In this document: in pieces, positions 48,983 to 58,900 of the stretch
Position numbering within the stretch: the first letter of the stretch is position 1
How the letters are laid out: the number at the start of each line of letters is the position of its first letter
DNA from: a virus
Taxonomy: Duplodnaviria > Caudoviricetes
Reading direction: 5' to 3' (one strand)
Virus record (IMG/VR): IMGVR_UViG_3300028591_005215
Span: 128,001-192,000 of that record
Length of the DNA stretch: 64,000 nucleotides
Notes under the pieces: model-generated
What the model was told of the DNA's origin: nothing
Database searches by the model: none
The model's input: the letters and a program-made list of their open reading frames with translations, nothing else
Translations under genes and position numbers: made by a program

Positions 48983-49098
48983 TTTTTTATTAAAATGCTG
49001 GAATTAGCAACTATTGATGAAAGCGATAGTGATTTAACTATGGTCCAGCATAAGACATCAAATGATTATGAAAACATATCTTTTGGATATTTATCTTT

Positions 49099-49644
49099 AT
49101 GAAACAAGCAATTAAAAAAAATAGGAAAATAGCCAATAAAACAATAGTCAAGAAGAAGAAAAAAATGCAAAGGGATGCTAAAGGTAAAGTAATACGTGAG
49201 CATCCTAAGTTTGGGACAAGTAAAGCAGAACAAAAATTTGCAACTGATTTTCTTGATAAATTAGGTGTTAAATATGTTTGGCAATTTGAAGCAAAGGAAA
49301 TAGGAAGATTTTATGACTTTTATTTACCAAATGATAATATTTTATTAGAATTTGACGGTTCTTATTATCATTCAGACCCAAGAATAGTTGATGAAACTAA
49401 AATGAACCCTATGCAGAAAAAAAATAGAAGGGTTGACGAATATAAAAATAAATGGGCATTACTACATGGTATACCTTTATATAGAATATGGGAAAAGGAT
49501 GTTAATGAAAGACCTGAATTAGTTATGCAACAGCTTAAAGAAGTTCTAAAGATTCAAAACGAAGCTAATACTATTAAGGAAAATAAGAATAAACGCCATA
49601 AAAACAAAATAAAAAATGATAGTGAGCGTAAAGGAAAAAAATGA
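49099..49644 (+). CDS. Vsr/DUF559-like PD-(D/E)XK endonuclease
   Basis: SKAE...FYDFYLP...LLEFDGSYYH...D..K...A...GIPLYRIWE. Confidence 0.8.
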   Translation: MKQAIKKNRKIANKTIVKKKKKMQRDAKGKVIREHPKFGTSKAEQKFATDFLDKLGVKYVWQFEAKEIGRFYDFYLPNDNILLEFDGSYYHSDPRIVDETKMNPMQKKNRRVDEYKNKWALLHGIPLYRIWEKDVNERPELVMQQLKEVLKIQNEANTIKENKNKRHKNKIKNDSERKGKK

Positions 49645-50119
49645 TGAATTACAAAAAATCATCATGAGTAACATCATAAAAAATCAGTTTTGTTTGTTTA
49701 TAAAAAATAGACAAGTAGGATATACAACTGCTATTAGTAAAATTATTAATGATTTAATAATGTTAAGAAATTATACAGTAGGCATTGTATTACATTCACG
49801 TCATGCTACTATTGAAATGACAGATATGTTGTCAGATTCATGGAAAAATAATTTTATTATAATAAATTCACCTAAAGATTGTTTAGGCAGGAGATTTGAT
49901 TTTGTGTTTTTTGACGAACTTAATTTTATTAAAAATTATAAAGAAATATTCACTGCTTTAAATGTTTATTCACTAAATGAATGTAAAATAGTTTCAAGCA
50001 TTACTTTTGATGATGGAAATAAAATAACTTCACAAGATATTGATAACATATTAATTTATGGTGATGAAATTGGTAATGAATTAATAGAAAGTAATATAAA
50101 AATTGAGTATGAAAGTTAA
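49616..50119 (+). CDS. short terminase-ATPase-like protein
   Basis: FIKNRQVGYTT (Walker A-like) and GRRFDFVFFDELNFI (Walker B-like); only 167 aa. Confidence 0.5.
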   Translation: MIVSVKEKNDELQKIIMSNIIKNQFCLFIKNRQVGYTTAISKIINDLIMLRNYTVGIVLHSRHATIEMTDMLSDSWKNNFIIINSPKDCLGRRFDFVFFDELNFIKNYKEIFTALNVYSLNECKIVSSITFDDGNKITSQDIDNILIYGDEIGNELIESNIKIEYES

Positions 50120-50735
50120 ATTATACATGCCATTTTATGATTATAATGATGGCGATTTTGATACAGACGAAAATTTCTATAAAAATAATGCCGAATATTT
50201 CAATGCAATGCAAAAAAGTGTAGAGCAAACAAGCAGAGCAGTTGAAGCAGGTATGAATAATTATATGAATGGTGGCTCTGTAGGGGGTTATAAATCTTCT
50301 GACGGTCAGACTTATAGGCTTACCAATAAAGCGTCTGTAAGCGAAGATAAAGTGTCTTATGCTGAATGCGATGCAGTACTATATGGCGAAGATGGAAATG
50401 ATAGGAGTGTTGATGATTTCATCACTGATTATGTATCAAAAGATGTTCAGCTATATATATTAAAGTTAGATTTAGACACATCTGATGAAGATTTCGAACA
50501 AGAAATAAATTTGTGGGACATTGAACATAAAAAAATTCAAAATTATACCAAAATAAAGGGTGAAGATTGGGTTTTTGATAATGAACCAAAAAGAAATATT
50601 AAGTTAAAATTCACTAATAATGCTAATGAAGAAAAATTTGCAATTCTTGTTAATTGTAAAATAATGGAAAAACAAAATATGAATATTTATGTAATATTAG
50701 CAGAAGAAATTAATTTGATTGATAAAATACAATAA
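50103..50735 (+). CDS. hypothetical protein
   Basis: 210 aa acidic ORF in the tail operon. Confidence 0.65.
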   Translation: MSMKVKLYMPFYDYNDGDFDTDENFYKNNAEYFNAMQKSVEQTSRAVEAGMNNYMNGGSVGGYKSSDGQTYRLTNKASVSEDKVSYAECDAVLYGEDGNDRSVDDFITDYVSKDVQLYILKLDLDTSDEDFEQEINLWDIEHKKIQNYTKIKGEDWVFDNEPKRNIKLKFTNNANEEKFAILVNCKIMEKQNMNIYVILAEEINLIDKIQ

Positions 50736-50741
50736 TAAGTT

Positions 50742-52010
50742 ATGCCAAGACGTAAAATGTCTGAAGAAGACGAAAAAAATTTGAAATTGTTACAGGCTCA
50801 AAATGAAATGTATGAGCGTACTAAAGAAGAAATTAAACTACGTGGTACTAAAGAAGCCATGCGAAGAACTGAAGAAGCTCAAAAAGATGGCATGAGTCAA
50901 ATCAAAATGCTACTTGATGACAATAATGTAGATGAAAAATTAGAAACTACTAATAGTAATGATGACAATGATGACATATTCGCAATTCTTGAGGAGCATG
51001 CACAAAAAGAAAAAAGTGTTAAAGTGGAGAGTAATAGGGGCTTTGAAGAACCTACGGCAACAGTTATTGAGGAAGTTGTCAAGGAAGATGCAAAACAAAC
51101 TTTACCTGATATAAATTATGGTGATGGCGCTGAAGCTTATGATATTATACCGCTACCAAGTAATGGTGAGTGCTATAAATCAAAAAATTCAAGGATACCT
51201 GTATCATATCTTACTGCGTATGATGAAAATTTAATTACATCACCTAACTTATATCGTGATGGATTAGTAATCGACCTACTTTTGAAAAATAAAGTAAAAG
51301 ATGAATCAATTGATATTGATTCATTAGTAAGTGGTGATGTTGATGCTATCATTTTATTTTTACGAGCAACAAGTTATGGAGTTGATTTCCCTATTTCTGT
51401 TACTGACCCTAAAACAGGTAAAGAAATTGAAACAAGTGTAGATTTAAGCAAGATTAAAACAAAAGAATTTAAGCTTAAAGGAGACGAAAATGGATATTTT
51501 GACTATACATTACCAATTACTAAAAAAGTAGTTAAATTCAAATATCTTACAAGGAAGGAAGAAAAAGATTTAAAAACTTTGAACGACCTTGAAAATAAGT
51601 CCATTGTTGCCATGAACCTTAAAGCTGCTGAAGAAATGATTGGCAATGCGCTTAAAATAGATGATGTGCTTGATATTAAGCAAAAGCAAGCAATTTTTGA
51701 AAACAATAGGAAAATTGAAGATTGGGCTAAAAAAATTGAAGCAAAACGTAAAGTACAATTTAACAAAACTATAACAAATAGATTGGAAATGCAAGTTGTC
51801 TCTATTGATGGTGAAACCGATAGAAAAAAAGTTAGACAATTAATTAACACAATGCCTGCAAATGATTCTTTGCATTTAAGAAGGTATATTATTGAGAATG
51901 AACCTGGCCTTGATTTTGAAATTGAAATTGAACGTCCTGAGTCAATGGGAGGTGGCTCATTTAAAACCTTTCTTGAGTGGACAGATACTGTTTTCCTCAA
52001 TATCGCCTAA
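50742..52010 (+). CDS. baseplate hub assembly / tail assembly chaperone (T4 gp26-like)
   Basis: IPLPSNG..Y...YLTAYDENL...LVSGDVDAI..FLRATSYG...TDPKTG; FKYLT; PG(L)DF. Confidence 0.75.
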   Translation: MPRRKMSEEDEKNLKLLQAQNEMYERTKEEIKLRGTKEAMRRTEEAQKDGMSQIKMLLDDNNVDEKLETTNSNDDNDDIFAILEEHAQKEKSVKVESNRGFEEPTATVIEEVVKEDAKQTLPDINYGDGAEAYDIIPLPSNGECYKSKNSRIPVSYLTAYDENLITSPNLYRDGLVIDLLLKNKVKDESIDIDSLVSGDVDAIILFLRATSYGVDFPISVTDPKTGKEIETSVDLSKIKTKEFKLKGDENGYFDYTLPITKKVVKFKYLTRKEEKDLKTLNDLENKSIVAMNLKAAEEMIGNALKIDDVLDIKQKQAIFENNRKIEDWAKKIEAKRKVQFNKTITNRLEMQVVSIDGETDRKKVRQLINTMPANDSLHLRRYIIENEPGLDFEIEIERPESMGGGSFKTFLEWTDTVFLNIA

Positions 52011-52251
52011 TTATGCACAAAATCTTCTTGATGAACTTTGGGGATGCTTTAAGCATATGCATATGAGGTTTAATGAATTGAAGACTATGCCTACAAGGGA
52101 TAGAAAATATTATATCCATAAGCATAATCGTGAAGTTGAAGAAGAAAACGAACGCTATAAAAAACGTGAAAGGGGTGGTAAATCTACAGATGTAATAGAT
52201 AAATACACTGATATGGAACAGGAAAATTTAAAAAATGCAAGTAAACGATAA
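51991..52251 (+). CDS. T4 gp51-like chaperone part, probably reached by frameshift
   Basis: YAQNLLDELW...KH...NEL..MP.RDRKYYI in the +1 frame, overlapping the end of the upstream gene with no suitable start codon. Confidence 0.6.
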   Translation, partial: FSSISPNYAQNLLDELWGCFKHMHMRFNELKTMPTRDRKYYIHKHNREVEEENERYKKRERGGKSTDVIDKYTDMEQENLKNASKR

Positions 52252-52284
52252 AAAATGGGAACTATTTAAATAGTTCCCATTTTT
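52251..52284. terminator. perfect 34 bp palindrome
   Basis: aaaaatgggaactattt|aaatagttcccattttt. Confidence 0.75.
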
Positions 52285-52353
52285 GTTTTTAATTTGTATA
52301 AAATGCGCTATTTATAGATAATAATAACACGTAAAAATTATAAAAAAGAATAT

Positions 52354-55300
52354 ATGGCAGCACCAGCTATAATTGGATTGATTGGTAAATTTGCTCAAGG
52401 GCTTAATATGGCAGGTAAAGGGCTTAATATGGCAGGTAAAGGTGTTAAAATGGCATCACAATTAGGTAAAGCTATAGGGGGTGTTACAAGTAACATTGCT
52501 AACCAAACTAACAAATGGATGGATTTGCAAGATGTAGCATTCAAGACTGCTCGTACTATGGGCTTAAGTAGGCAAGAAGCCATGAAAATGGACCGACAAC
52601 TCATGCAGCAAATTAAAGAATTTGGGCGTGAGTATGGTGTTACTGCTGAACAAATTGCAAAATATCAAGAAGATTATTCACAAGCTACAGGACGTAATAT
52701 CCAATTAACTAAGGACCAAATAGAGCAAACAATAGCCCTTGGCAATATTACTGATGAAGCAACTGCATCAAGTATAATAGACCAATTTGATACTTTAGGA
52801 ACAGGTGTTGAAGATGCATTAGCATATACTGGACAATTGCAAGAAAGAGCTAAATATTTAGGTCTTAATGCGATTAAAGCGTCTAAAACATTTGCAGATA
52901 ATATTGAATTAGCGTCATCATATTCATTTAAAAATGGCATTGATGGCATCGAAAAAATGGTGTTAAAATCACAGTCGTTAAAAATGAATATGCAAGCAGT
53001 AATGACTGCTTCTGATAAATTTAGCTCTATAGAGGGTGCAATAAAAACATCTGCAAATATACAAATGTTGGGCGGAAGTTTTGCACAACAATTTAGTAAC
53101 CCTATGGGTGCTTTGTATGAATCAATGGCTGACCCAGCTGCTTTCCAAGAAAGACTAATTAAGACTGTTGAAGGCAAGGGCAGATATGACTCTAAAACTG
53201 GACAGGTTACTTTCGACCCTGTAACAATGATGCAGATGAAAGAAATGGCTAACCAGTTAGGTATAGATGTAAAAGAACTAACAAGGGGCGCATCTGCAAC
53301 TGCACAGAATAATGCTATAAATCAAGAACTTAGGGGTAATTGGTCAAAAGACCAACAAACAGCAATACAAGATTTAGCGAGAACTAATTTTGATGAAAAA
53401 ACAGGTAAGCATTTTGTAAAACTTCTTGATAAATTTGGTAATGAAGAAAAAGTAAATGTAGAAGATTTAACAGAAGAACAATTAAAACAAGCCCAAGATA
53501 GCGCATTAACACAAGATAACATGTGGAAAGATGTGCATGCTATTAAGGAAACTATTGTTGGTTCTTCAATGGGTAGAAGTAGACAAAATCGTTCGGCTAA
53601 AGAAAATCTTAATGGGTTTAGGGAATCATCAAAAGGATTCTTTGCACAATTTGAGAACTTTTTTATGCCTACTATTTCAGGTTTATTAAATGGTGGTAAC
53701 GGTGTTTTTGGTGAAACTGTTGCTAAACCATCAATCCCATTTGGTATGAATCCATTTTATAGTGGTGATATTAATGGACCTGATATGGGTGAAAACCATT
53801 TTGCTGAAGGTGGTGTAGTACAGCCTGTACACGCTGCTGAAGGAATGGTTGTACCAGGTGACAGTTATATTGGTGATAAAGTACCAGCGATGCTTAATTC
53901 TAATGAAATGGTAATAAATGAACAACAGCAAAGTGGGCTGTTTAGTTTGTTATCTATGTTAGGAAAAGTTGGTGTTAGGGCTTTTATTGGTAACAAAATA
54001 GGGCAAAAGTTAGGCGTAGGAAACTTAGGGTATCAAGGAATGGCTATGTCAGCACTTAGTGGTGATGATATGACTTCATCAATGATACAGCTTGCCATGT
54101 TCAAGAAAATAGGTGGCTTAGGTAATTTATATGGGCATATAACAAATCCTATGACATACCAAGAAAGTGCTAAAAATCCCATGGGTAATGATATTCCATC
54201 TTTTTGGGATTATTTTGGAATTGATGCTAAAAAAGACAAAAATGGCAGATGGAGAAATTCTAAAGGTAGATTTACCAAATCACCATTTAAACAATTAATG
54301 CCAAAAACATCTAAAGAACTTGCTGAATTTAATAAAAGCATTAACGCTACCTCATTAAAATTTAAAGGCTTAGTAGAAAAAACGAGTAAACTAGGTAATG
54401 TATTTTCTAAGGTAGGGAAATTTGGCGAAAAAATTAGCACAGCAATATTACATTTTGGCAAAAATAGAGCGCTTGACGCAGCTATGCTTGGAATGAAAGC
54501 AAAAGATAAGCTTAATGCTGCTTTTCAAAGCGAATCATTTGGCAAATTTTCAAAGCCTTTTGCTGCTGTTGGTAATTTTGGCAAAAAAGTCGGAAGCAGT
54601 GTAATTAAATTTGGCAAAAATAGAGCGCTTGACGCAGCTATGCTTGGAATGAAAGCAAAAGATAAGCTTAATGCTGTATTGAGAAGCGAAGTAGTTGGTA
54701 AAATTTCAAAGCCTTTTGTTAGTGTTGCTAATTTCAGTAAGAAAACTGGAAACGGAGTTAGTAAAATTGGGAAAGCGTTATATAATGACACTGGCAGATT
54801 AGTAAATAGGGGTAAAGCACTACAAAGGTTAACAAGAATTAAATCAGCAAACAGTATAGGCAATACTGCTGGAAAAATTGCAAAAGAATCTAAGCTTTTA
54901 AAACCTATAGGTAAACTTTTAGGTAGTAGCGGGGGAAAATTAGTTGGTGGTTTAAGTAAAAAAATACCTATTGTAGGTAGCTTAATAACAGCAGGCATGG
55001 CTGTTAGTGATATCATGGATGCTTCAAGCAGATTTGACGCTAAAAAAGCTGATATCGTAAATTCTAATATGTCTGAAAGAGAAAAGAAAGCAGCTATCAA
55101 TGAAGCTACTGATGAAAAACATGGAGAGCAAGGAAAAGCTGTTGGTAGTGCCGTTGGGTCAACTGCTGGCATGGTAATAGGCGGAGCATTAGGTACAGCA
55201 TTAGGCCCAATAGGCTCAGCATTAGGCGCAGCTGCAGGTGGCTTCATCGGTGATAAAATTGGTGGTGCAATTGGAAGCTTAGCAAAACCTTTAAGCAAGA

Positions 55301-55881
55301 TGGCACGTGGATTCGGTGATTTCTTGTTTGGAAGTGATGATGAAAAAACAGCTTCATTTACTGATGAAGAGTTAGCTGACCCACAATTAGCAGAAAAGGC
55401 ATATTCTTCAACAATAAAGATATATGAATTAATGCTTAAGCAAAATGGCGGAGGTGTTATCGGTAAAGCTGGTGAAGCAATAACAAGCGTAGCTACTGCC
55501 CCTTTGCAAATTGCAAGTAGTGTTTTAGGTGGGATAGGTAAAGAAATTAGTGGTCTATTTGGAGCACCTCAGACACCAAAAGTAGAATCATTACCTGTTG
55601 TTGGTCAAAAGCAAACAATTAATGAGAATAGTGCTACAATTAGCACAACACCAATTAACGTAGGACCTCAAGATATTAATCTTAACGTAAGTGGTACTAT
55701 AAAATTAGATTTAGGTGGAAGGCAAGCTGACTTTGATACAAATAAGTTATTTAACAGTCCTGAATTTAAAGCACAATTAGCCGAAATTATTTCAAGGAAA
55801 CTTAATGATATGGGTAATGGTGGAAAATATAACAAAGAAACAAGTGTAAGAAACACACAGAAAATGTATAATAAGATTTAA
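52354..55881 (+). CDS. tape measure protein
   Basis: 1175 aa helical Ala/Gly-rich protein with FAEGG motif and a Gly-zipper G..IG..LG segment; located between chaperone and baseplate genes. Confidence 0.85.
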   Translation: MAAPAIIGLIGKFAQGLNMAGKGLNMAGKGVKMASQLGKAIGGVTSNIANQTNKWMDLQDVAFKTARTMGLSRQEAMKMDRQLMQQIKEFGREYGVTAEQIAKYQEDYSQATGRNIQLTKDQIEQTIALGNITDEATASSIIDQFDTLGTGVEDALAYTGQLQERAKYLGLNAIKASKTFADNIELASSYSFKNGIDGIEKMVLKSQSLKMNMQAVMTASDKFSSIEGAIKTSANIQMLGGSFAQQFSNPMGALYESMADPAAFQERLIKTVEGKGRYDSKTGQVTFDPVTMMQMKEMANQLGIDVKELTRGASATAQNNAINQELRGNWSKDQQTAIQDLARTNFDEKTGKHFVKLLDKFGNEEKVNVEDLTEEQLKQAQDSALTQDNMWKDVHAIKETIVGSSMGRSRQNRSAKENLNGFRESSKGFFAQFENFFMPTISGLLNGGNGVFGETVAKPSIPFGMNPFYSGDINGPDMGENHFAEGGVVQPVHAAEGMVVPGDSYIGDKVPAMLNSNEMVINEQQQSGLFSLLSMLGKVGVRAFIGNKIGQKLGVGNLGYQGMAMSALSGDDMTSSMIQLAMFKKIGGLGNLYGHITNPMTYQESAKNPMGNDIPSFWDYFGIDAKKDKNGRWRNSKGRFTKSPFKQLMPKTSKELAEFNKSINATSLKFKGLVEKTSKLGNVFSKVGKFGEKISTAILHFGKNRALDAAMLGMKAKDKLNAAFQSESFGKFSKPFAAVGNFGKKVGSSVIKFGKNRALDAAMLGMKAKDKLNAVLRSEVVGKISKPFVSVANFSKKTGNGVSKIGKALYNDTGRLVNRGKALQRLTRIKSANSIGNTAGKIAKESKLLKPIGKLLGSSGGKLVGGLSKKIPIVGSLITAGMAVSDIMDASSRFDAKKADIVNSNMSEREKKAAINEATDEKHGEQGKAVGSAVGSTAGMVIGGALGTALGPIGSALGAAAGGFIGDKIGGAIGSLAKPLSKMARGFGDFLFGSDDEKTASFTDEELADPQLAEKAYSSTIKIYELMLKQNGGGVIGKAGEAITSVATAPLQIASSVLGGIGKEISGLFGAPQTPKVESLPVVGQKQTINENSATISTTPINVGPQDINLNVSGTIKLDLGGRQADFDTNKLFNSPEFKAQLAEIISRKLNDMGNGGKYNKETSVRNTQKMYNKI

Positions 55882-55933
55882 TGTTAGTTTCTCTTTATCT
55901 TAGTAATAAAAAATGATATATTTTATATAAAAT

Positions 55934-58900
55934 ATGGCAATAGTTGATAAAATAATAGACGTTTTAGATAGCTTTGTTGTAAGACCTATTGGTGTCTACA
56001 ACAAAGACTATCGTTTCATGGTTGAACATTTGGATAGGAATATAGGTAATCATGAATTAGAATATAGTGACGGATATTCTACTCCAATAGGTCAACTTTC
56101 AAACCCTTATTACAATGCACAAATAGGTAAAACGCCTTGGTTTTTTGCTGATTCAGATAAAGCACAGGTTGCTAATTATTTAGATTATATAGCATTAACA
56201 TATAATTCTACTGATGGTATAACCAGCATTAATGAAAAAGTTAGTTTTCCTACTGACTTGGATTCAATAAAAGTTGGTAAAATAAGTGGTTCTAAATTAA
56301 ATGATGTTTTATCATCTTCTGATGAATATCCATCTGTAAACCCTAATGATGACGTAAAAGATACAAAATTAGGTAAAGAAAGTGGGTATTTTGTAAAGCA
56401 AGCATTGAAGTTGTCTATAAAAGAAAATGACAAACATAATGCTAAAAAGTTCTCCATTTCAAAATCTATGGGTGAATATTTTGGGCTTAATACAGATGCT
56501 TACAATAATGGCATTTTAACAAAATATGTTGCACCTAATGAGAAAACTGGGAGATATGAAGACTTTTCGCCATTAGATAGTAATATTAGTCCTGTATACA
56601 CAACTTCATCTAAGTGGGGTAATTATAAAGGCCTTGGTGTTTATGAAGAATTTTATAAATCTACGCCATCGGTAACTACAATGTCATATATCAATGACAA
56701 TATAGGGAAAAATAAATATAAACCTAATTTACCTGATGAATCTAATAATTTGAATTACTTAGATTCAATGAAAATAGCAGTAGGAAAAAGCACTGATTAT
56801 AATGGTTCTGAAATTAGGTATATTTTTAACACTTTACATACAAGTGATACTGTTTATAATAATGAGGGCCATACTACAGGTAGCCTTATTGGTGGCTTGA
56901 AAGCATATGGAGAACAAGAAGCAGGTTCTACGCATAGTTATAAATTCAAGACATTTAATAGTGGTGTAAATTTTGGTAAATATAGTACATTTGATACTGA
57001 CCCTATTGGTGTTGATGATTTACTAAATAAAACTAACCAAGGTTTTATGAAAGGTAAATATGACACGTTGGTCGCAAGATTTCATACTTCTACTGATTAC
57101 CCTAATGATGATTTAATGTCATCTTCTGTTAGTAAAGCATATGGCATGTCACATGGTAGAAATCTTCTACGAGGGGACGCTAAAAATGGCAAAACCTTTA
57201 CAAGTACTGATGTTGGTAACGGATATGATAACCCATATTGCCGTGTATGGACTTACCACCACCAATACCATAGAATGAAGGATGCTATTAGGCCATTTGC
57301 CACTGATGAACCAGATGGCTCATCACCAATGACACCTAAAGAAATGCAAGATAGGTATAATTTTGGTGCTTTTAGAACAGGTGATTTATATGGCTTAGGA
57401 AGTGGTGGTGAAAGACTTACTAAATATGGAGTGTTGGGCTATAAAACTAACGCTGGACTTGTTAATATAGCACCTAAAAAGGGTGTTGATATTAAGAGCT
57501 GTATGTTTTCAATAGAAAACTTAGCTTGGAAGGGAATGTTTACACCAGGTAGTAAAACTTACGAAACAAATGGCTTGTCAGCAGAACAAAAAGGACCATT
57601 TGGTGGTAGAATAATGTGGTTTCCTCCTTATGACATTAAGTTTAGCGAAAATGTAACAGCTAATTGGGCTAACACAAGTTTCATAGGAAGGGGTGAAGAT
57701 ATATATACTTATACAAATACATCAAGGGATGGGCAATTAAGCTTTAAATTACTTATAGACCATCCTGCTATACTTGATTATTGGAAGCGTAGAAATGAAA
57801 CCGATGGTTCGTCAAACGTTGACGATGTAGATTCACCAGAACAACAGTTATTAAGGTTTTTTGCTGGGTGTGAAATGTTAACATCAAAAACGCAGCCAAT
57901 TGAAACACCACCATCTGTTGCAGTAGATGAGCCTGAACCTGCACCTACAACAAAGGCATTTACTTTCTTTGTTTTCTTCCCTAATGATTATAGTGGGCAA
58001 GATGATAGAGCTAACAATTTAGCAATACCTTACCTTTTAAATGGCGTAGGCACACAATATTATTATAATGCAAATCAAGGGTCTGTTAGGGCTAATCCTG
58101 ATATGTACCCTTGGACAACCACTAAAGGTACTACGATTGGTGGATATGAGGTTAGAAGTAATGGCATTAGTATTGTGACAAACCCTGTTAGTAATGATGG
58201 TAAAACTGGCAATACAAGGTCTTTTGCCACCACAGTGAAACATAATAACAGTAATTATTACTTAGCTAAGCAAATTGGCGATTATAAAGGAAAACGCATA
58301 GAATGGTATTATAGAGTAGATAATAAACGTAGAAATGAAAAATTGGTACTTAATATTGATTATATTGACACAAAAAGCTTTAAGTTAAATAGTGGTGGTA
58401 ATCAAGATTCTATTAGAAAAACTTTTAATATCAGTGATGATATGCCTTTGTATTCGCTGACTGATGTTTATGCTGCTATAACCAATGATTCAGTTGGCTT
58501 AAATACTTTAAATGGATGTTATAACGAAGCAAATGTAAAAAATATAAAAAATATAATTAAAAATTATGGAATAAAGCAAGTTACAGTAAAAGGATGGGCA
58601 TCAAGTCATGGTATAACGCAAAATGTATCAAGAAATAATGATTTGAATAAAAATAGACGTGATACAGTTTTGTCTTGGCTTAAATCTATGCCATCGTTTA
58701 ACACAAATAATATTGATTATAAACCATTAACAGGCGGTGTTGGTCCTGGGCCAACTGCAAGTAATGTTAGTGATTTAAAACCTAAATTGTATAGATGCGC
58801 TGAAGTAACAGTTTATGTTAACACAGAAAAAGTTTCTAACGCTAAGAATACTGTAACAGAAAAGAAAACAAGTACTAACTCAGATGCTTTTGATGCTGCA

